Part shown: one piece after another, positions 61,001 to 62,241 of the stretch
Numbering within the stretch: position 1 is the first letter of the stretch
Layout: each line of letters starts with the position of its first letter
Source of the DNA: Carcharhinus longimanus
Lineage: Eukaryota
Direction: 5' to 3'
DNA length: 62,241 nucleotides
NCBI GenBank assembly: GCA_030264375.1
Contig: JASCQW010000072.1
Location: 79,646,223 to 79,708,463 of the forward strand
Program-made: the position numbers and the translations under genes
The notes under the pieces: model-generated
The model's database searches: none
What the model was told of the DNA's origin: nothing
Seen by the model: only the letters and a program-made list of their open reading frames with translations

Positions 61001-61664
61001 TACATGTAGATCTAGAATTCAACTACAGCAGTGGAAATCAGCACTGGGAATCTAAACACAGGGCTGGAAACCCTACTGTCAGAACCGGTAATCCAAATAC
61101 AACTGAGGATTTTAGCTGCAAACTGTGAAACTTAAACATAGGACTGGGAACATTAGCCTCAACTGTGAGAATTCAGACATTAACATTCAAGTTCCAGCAT
61201 TAGGAATCCTATTAAACAACAGAGAACGACTGCATGTTGCAAGGGACAGAATGGTAAGAAGGAATTCTTTAACCTAATTATGATAAAACTTCAAGAAACT
61301 GTAGAATAGTTAAAGAGCCAATTTTATATTTCACATTGGGATGGCTAATGAAATGGATTTGGGATTCCATGTCTTATCCCACACAGGCAAGTCCTTTTGC
61401 AGTCTTTCTTGGTCTTTCTCTACTTTCCCTGCCTATTTTTCTCTCTTCCCCGCCTTTCCTGAGTTTCTCCAAAGGCTAACCTCCTCATTTATTCTGACTT
61501 TATCTGTTTGGGGTCTTCAGTTTCGGATTCTGAGTCTGGTCCTCTCAAACACGATCCTGATTCATTATTTGTACAGATACATAGATCCGCTCAGATTTCT
61601 GATCAAAATTCTAAGGTAGCTCAGCGTGCCCCCTCCCATTCTGTGTTCAGTGATGTGTGTCTTT

Positions 61665-61972
61665 CATAGAATCCCTACAGTGCAGAAGGANNNNNNNNNN
61701 GCCATTTGGCCCATTGAGTCTGCACCGACCACAATTCCAATCAGGCCCTATCCCCATAACCCTATTTATTTACCCTACTTACTCCCTAACACTAAGGGGC
61801 AATTTAGCATGGCCAATCAACCTAACCTGTACATCTTTGGAGTGTGGGAGGAAACCGGAGCACCCAGAGGAAACCCACACAGACACAAGGAGAAGGTGCA
61901 AACTCCACACAGACAGTGACCCATGCCAGGAATCGAACCCGGGTCCCGGGCGCTGTGAGGCAGCAGTGCTAA
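61665..61972 (-). mobile_element. HE1 SINE
   Basis: catagaatccctacagtgcagaagga...gcgctgtgaggcagcagtgctaa. Confidence 0.9.
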
Positions 61973-62241
61973 TCATTCCAGTAAGTTCACTGTTTGAAGA
62001 ATTTGTATCATTTGTAAACGTTTCTGCCATTGTACTTGCTCAGAATTTTTATATCTTATTTTGTCATTCTGTTATAGGGCTTGTTACTTGTTACTTTCAT
62101 TTGAAATCTGTAATTTTTTTACAAATACTTATTTATAAAATGAACAAGTAACATTGTTTGGTGCAATGTAAAATTAGAGAATAAAATAGTTGAAAATCCA
62201 TATTTGCAAAAATGTTGCAAAAATGTAAGAATGATGACTCT

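Noticed and set aside
526-62151. Recurring ORFs such as MVAQWLALLPHSARD..., ...SLSVWSLHVLPVSAWVSSG... and ...CGRKPEHPEETH...
   Set aside because: Translations of HE1 SINE copies, not a gene family.
56600-62241. Expected 3' end of a fads gene (neighbour of RAB3IL1 in human)
   Set aside because: No SLKKSGxLWLDAYLHK-type exon found; if linked, it lies outside the window.

Overview
Vertebrate genomic DNA, almost certainly a shark: it is dense in HE1-type V-SINEs, CR1/HER1, Rex1-Babar and Penelope retroelements and Harbinger-type MITEs, and has several N gaps. Two spliced genes converge tail-to-tail. (1) On +, the last three coding exons of RAB3IL1 (3518-3617, 6144-6210, 6929-7011), followed by a ~2.5 kb putative 3' UTR. 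(2) On -, an animal heme peroxidase of the MPO/EPX/LPO/TPO family. Eleven exons (55695 down to 22997; 1792 nt, 597 codons plus 1 nt) splice into one open frame with consistent phases, including one GC-AG intron; the first two exons are inferred. The protein is TPO-like in many motifs, MPO-like in intron layout, has His at the MPO Met243 position, and lies next to RAB3IL1 rather than at the human TPO or MPO loci. Its 3' exons are not visible and probably lie in an assembly gap. Other notable items: Penelope-derived palindromes carrying minimal hammerhead ribozyme cores, HE1-like SINEs with two different LINE-derived tails, and a duplicated, disabled splice acceptor. Most ORFs in the supplied track are repeat-derived or spurious. 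Repeat names and human comparisons are from recalled sequences, not database searches, and repeat boundaries are approximate.
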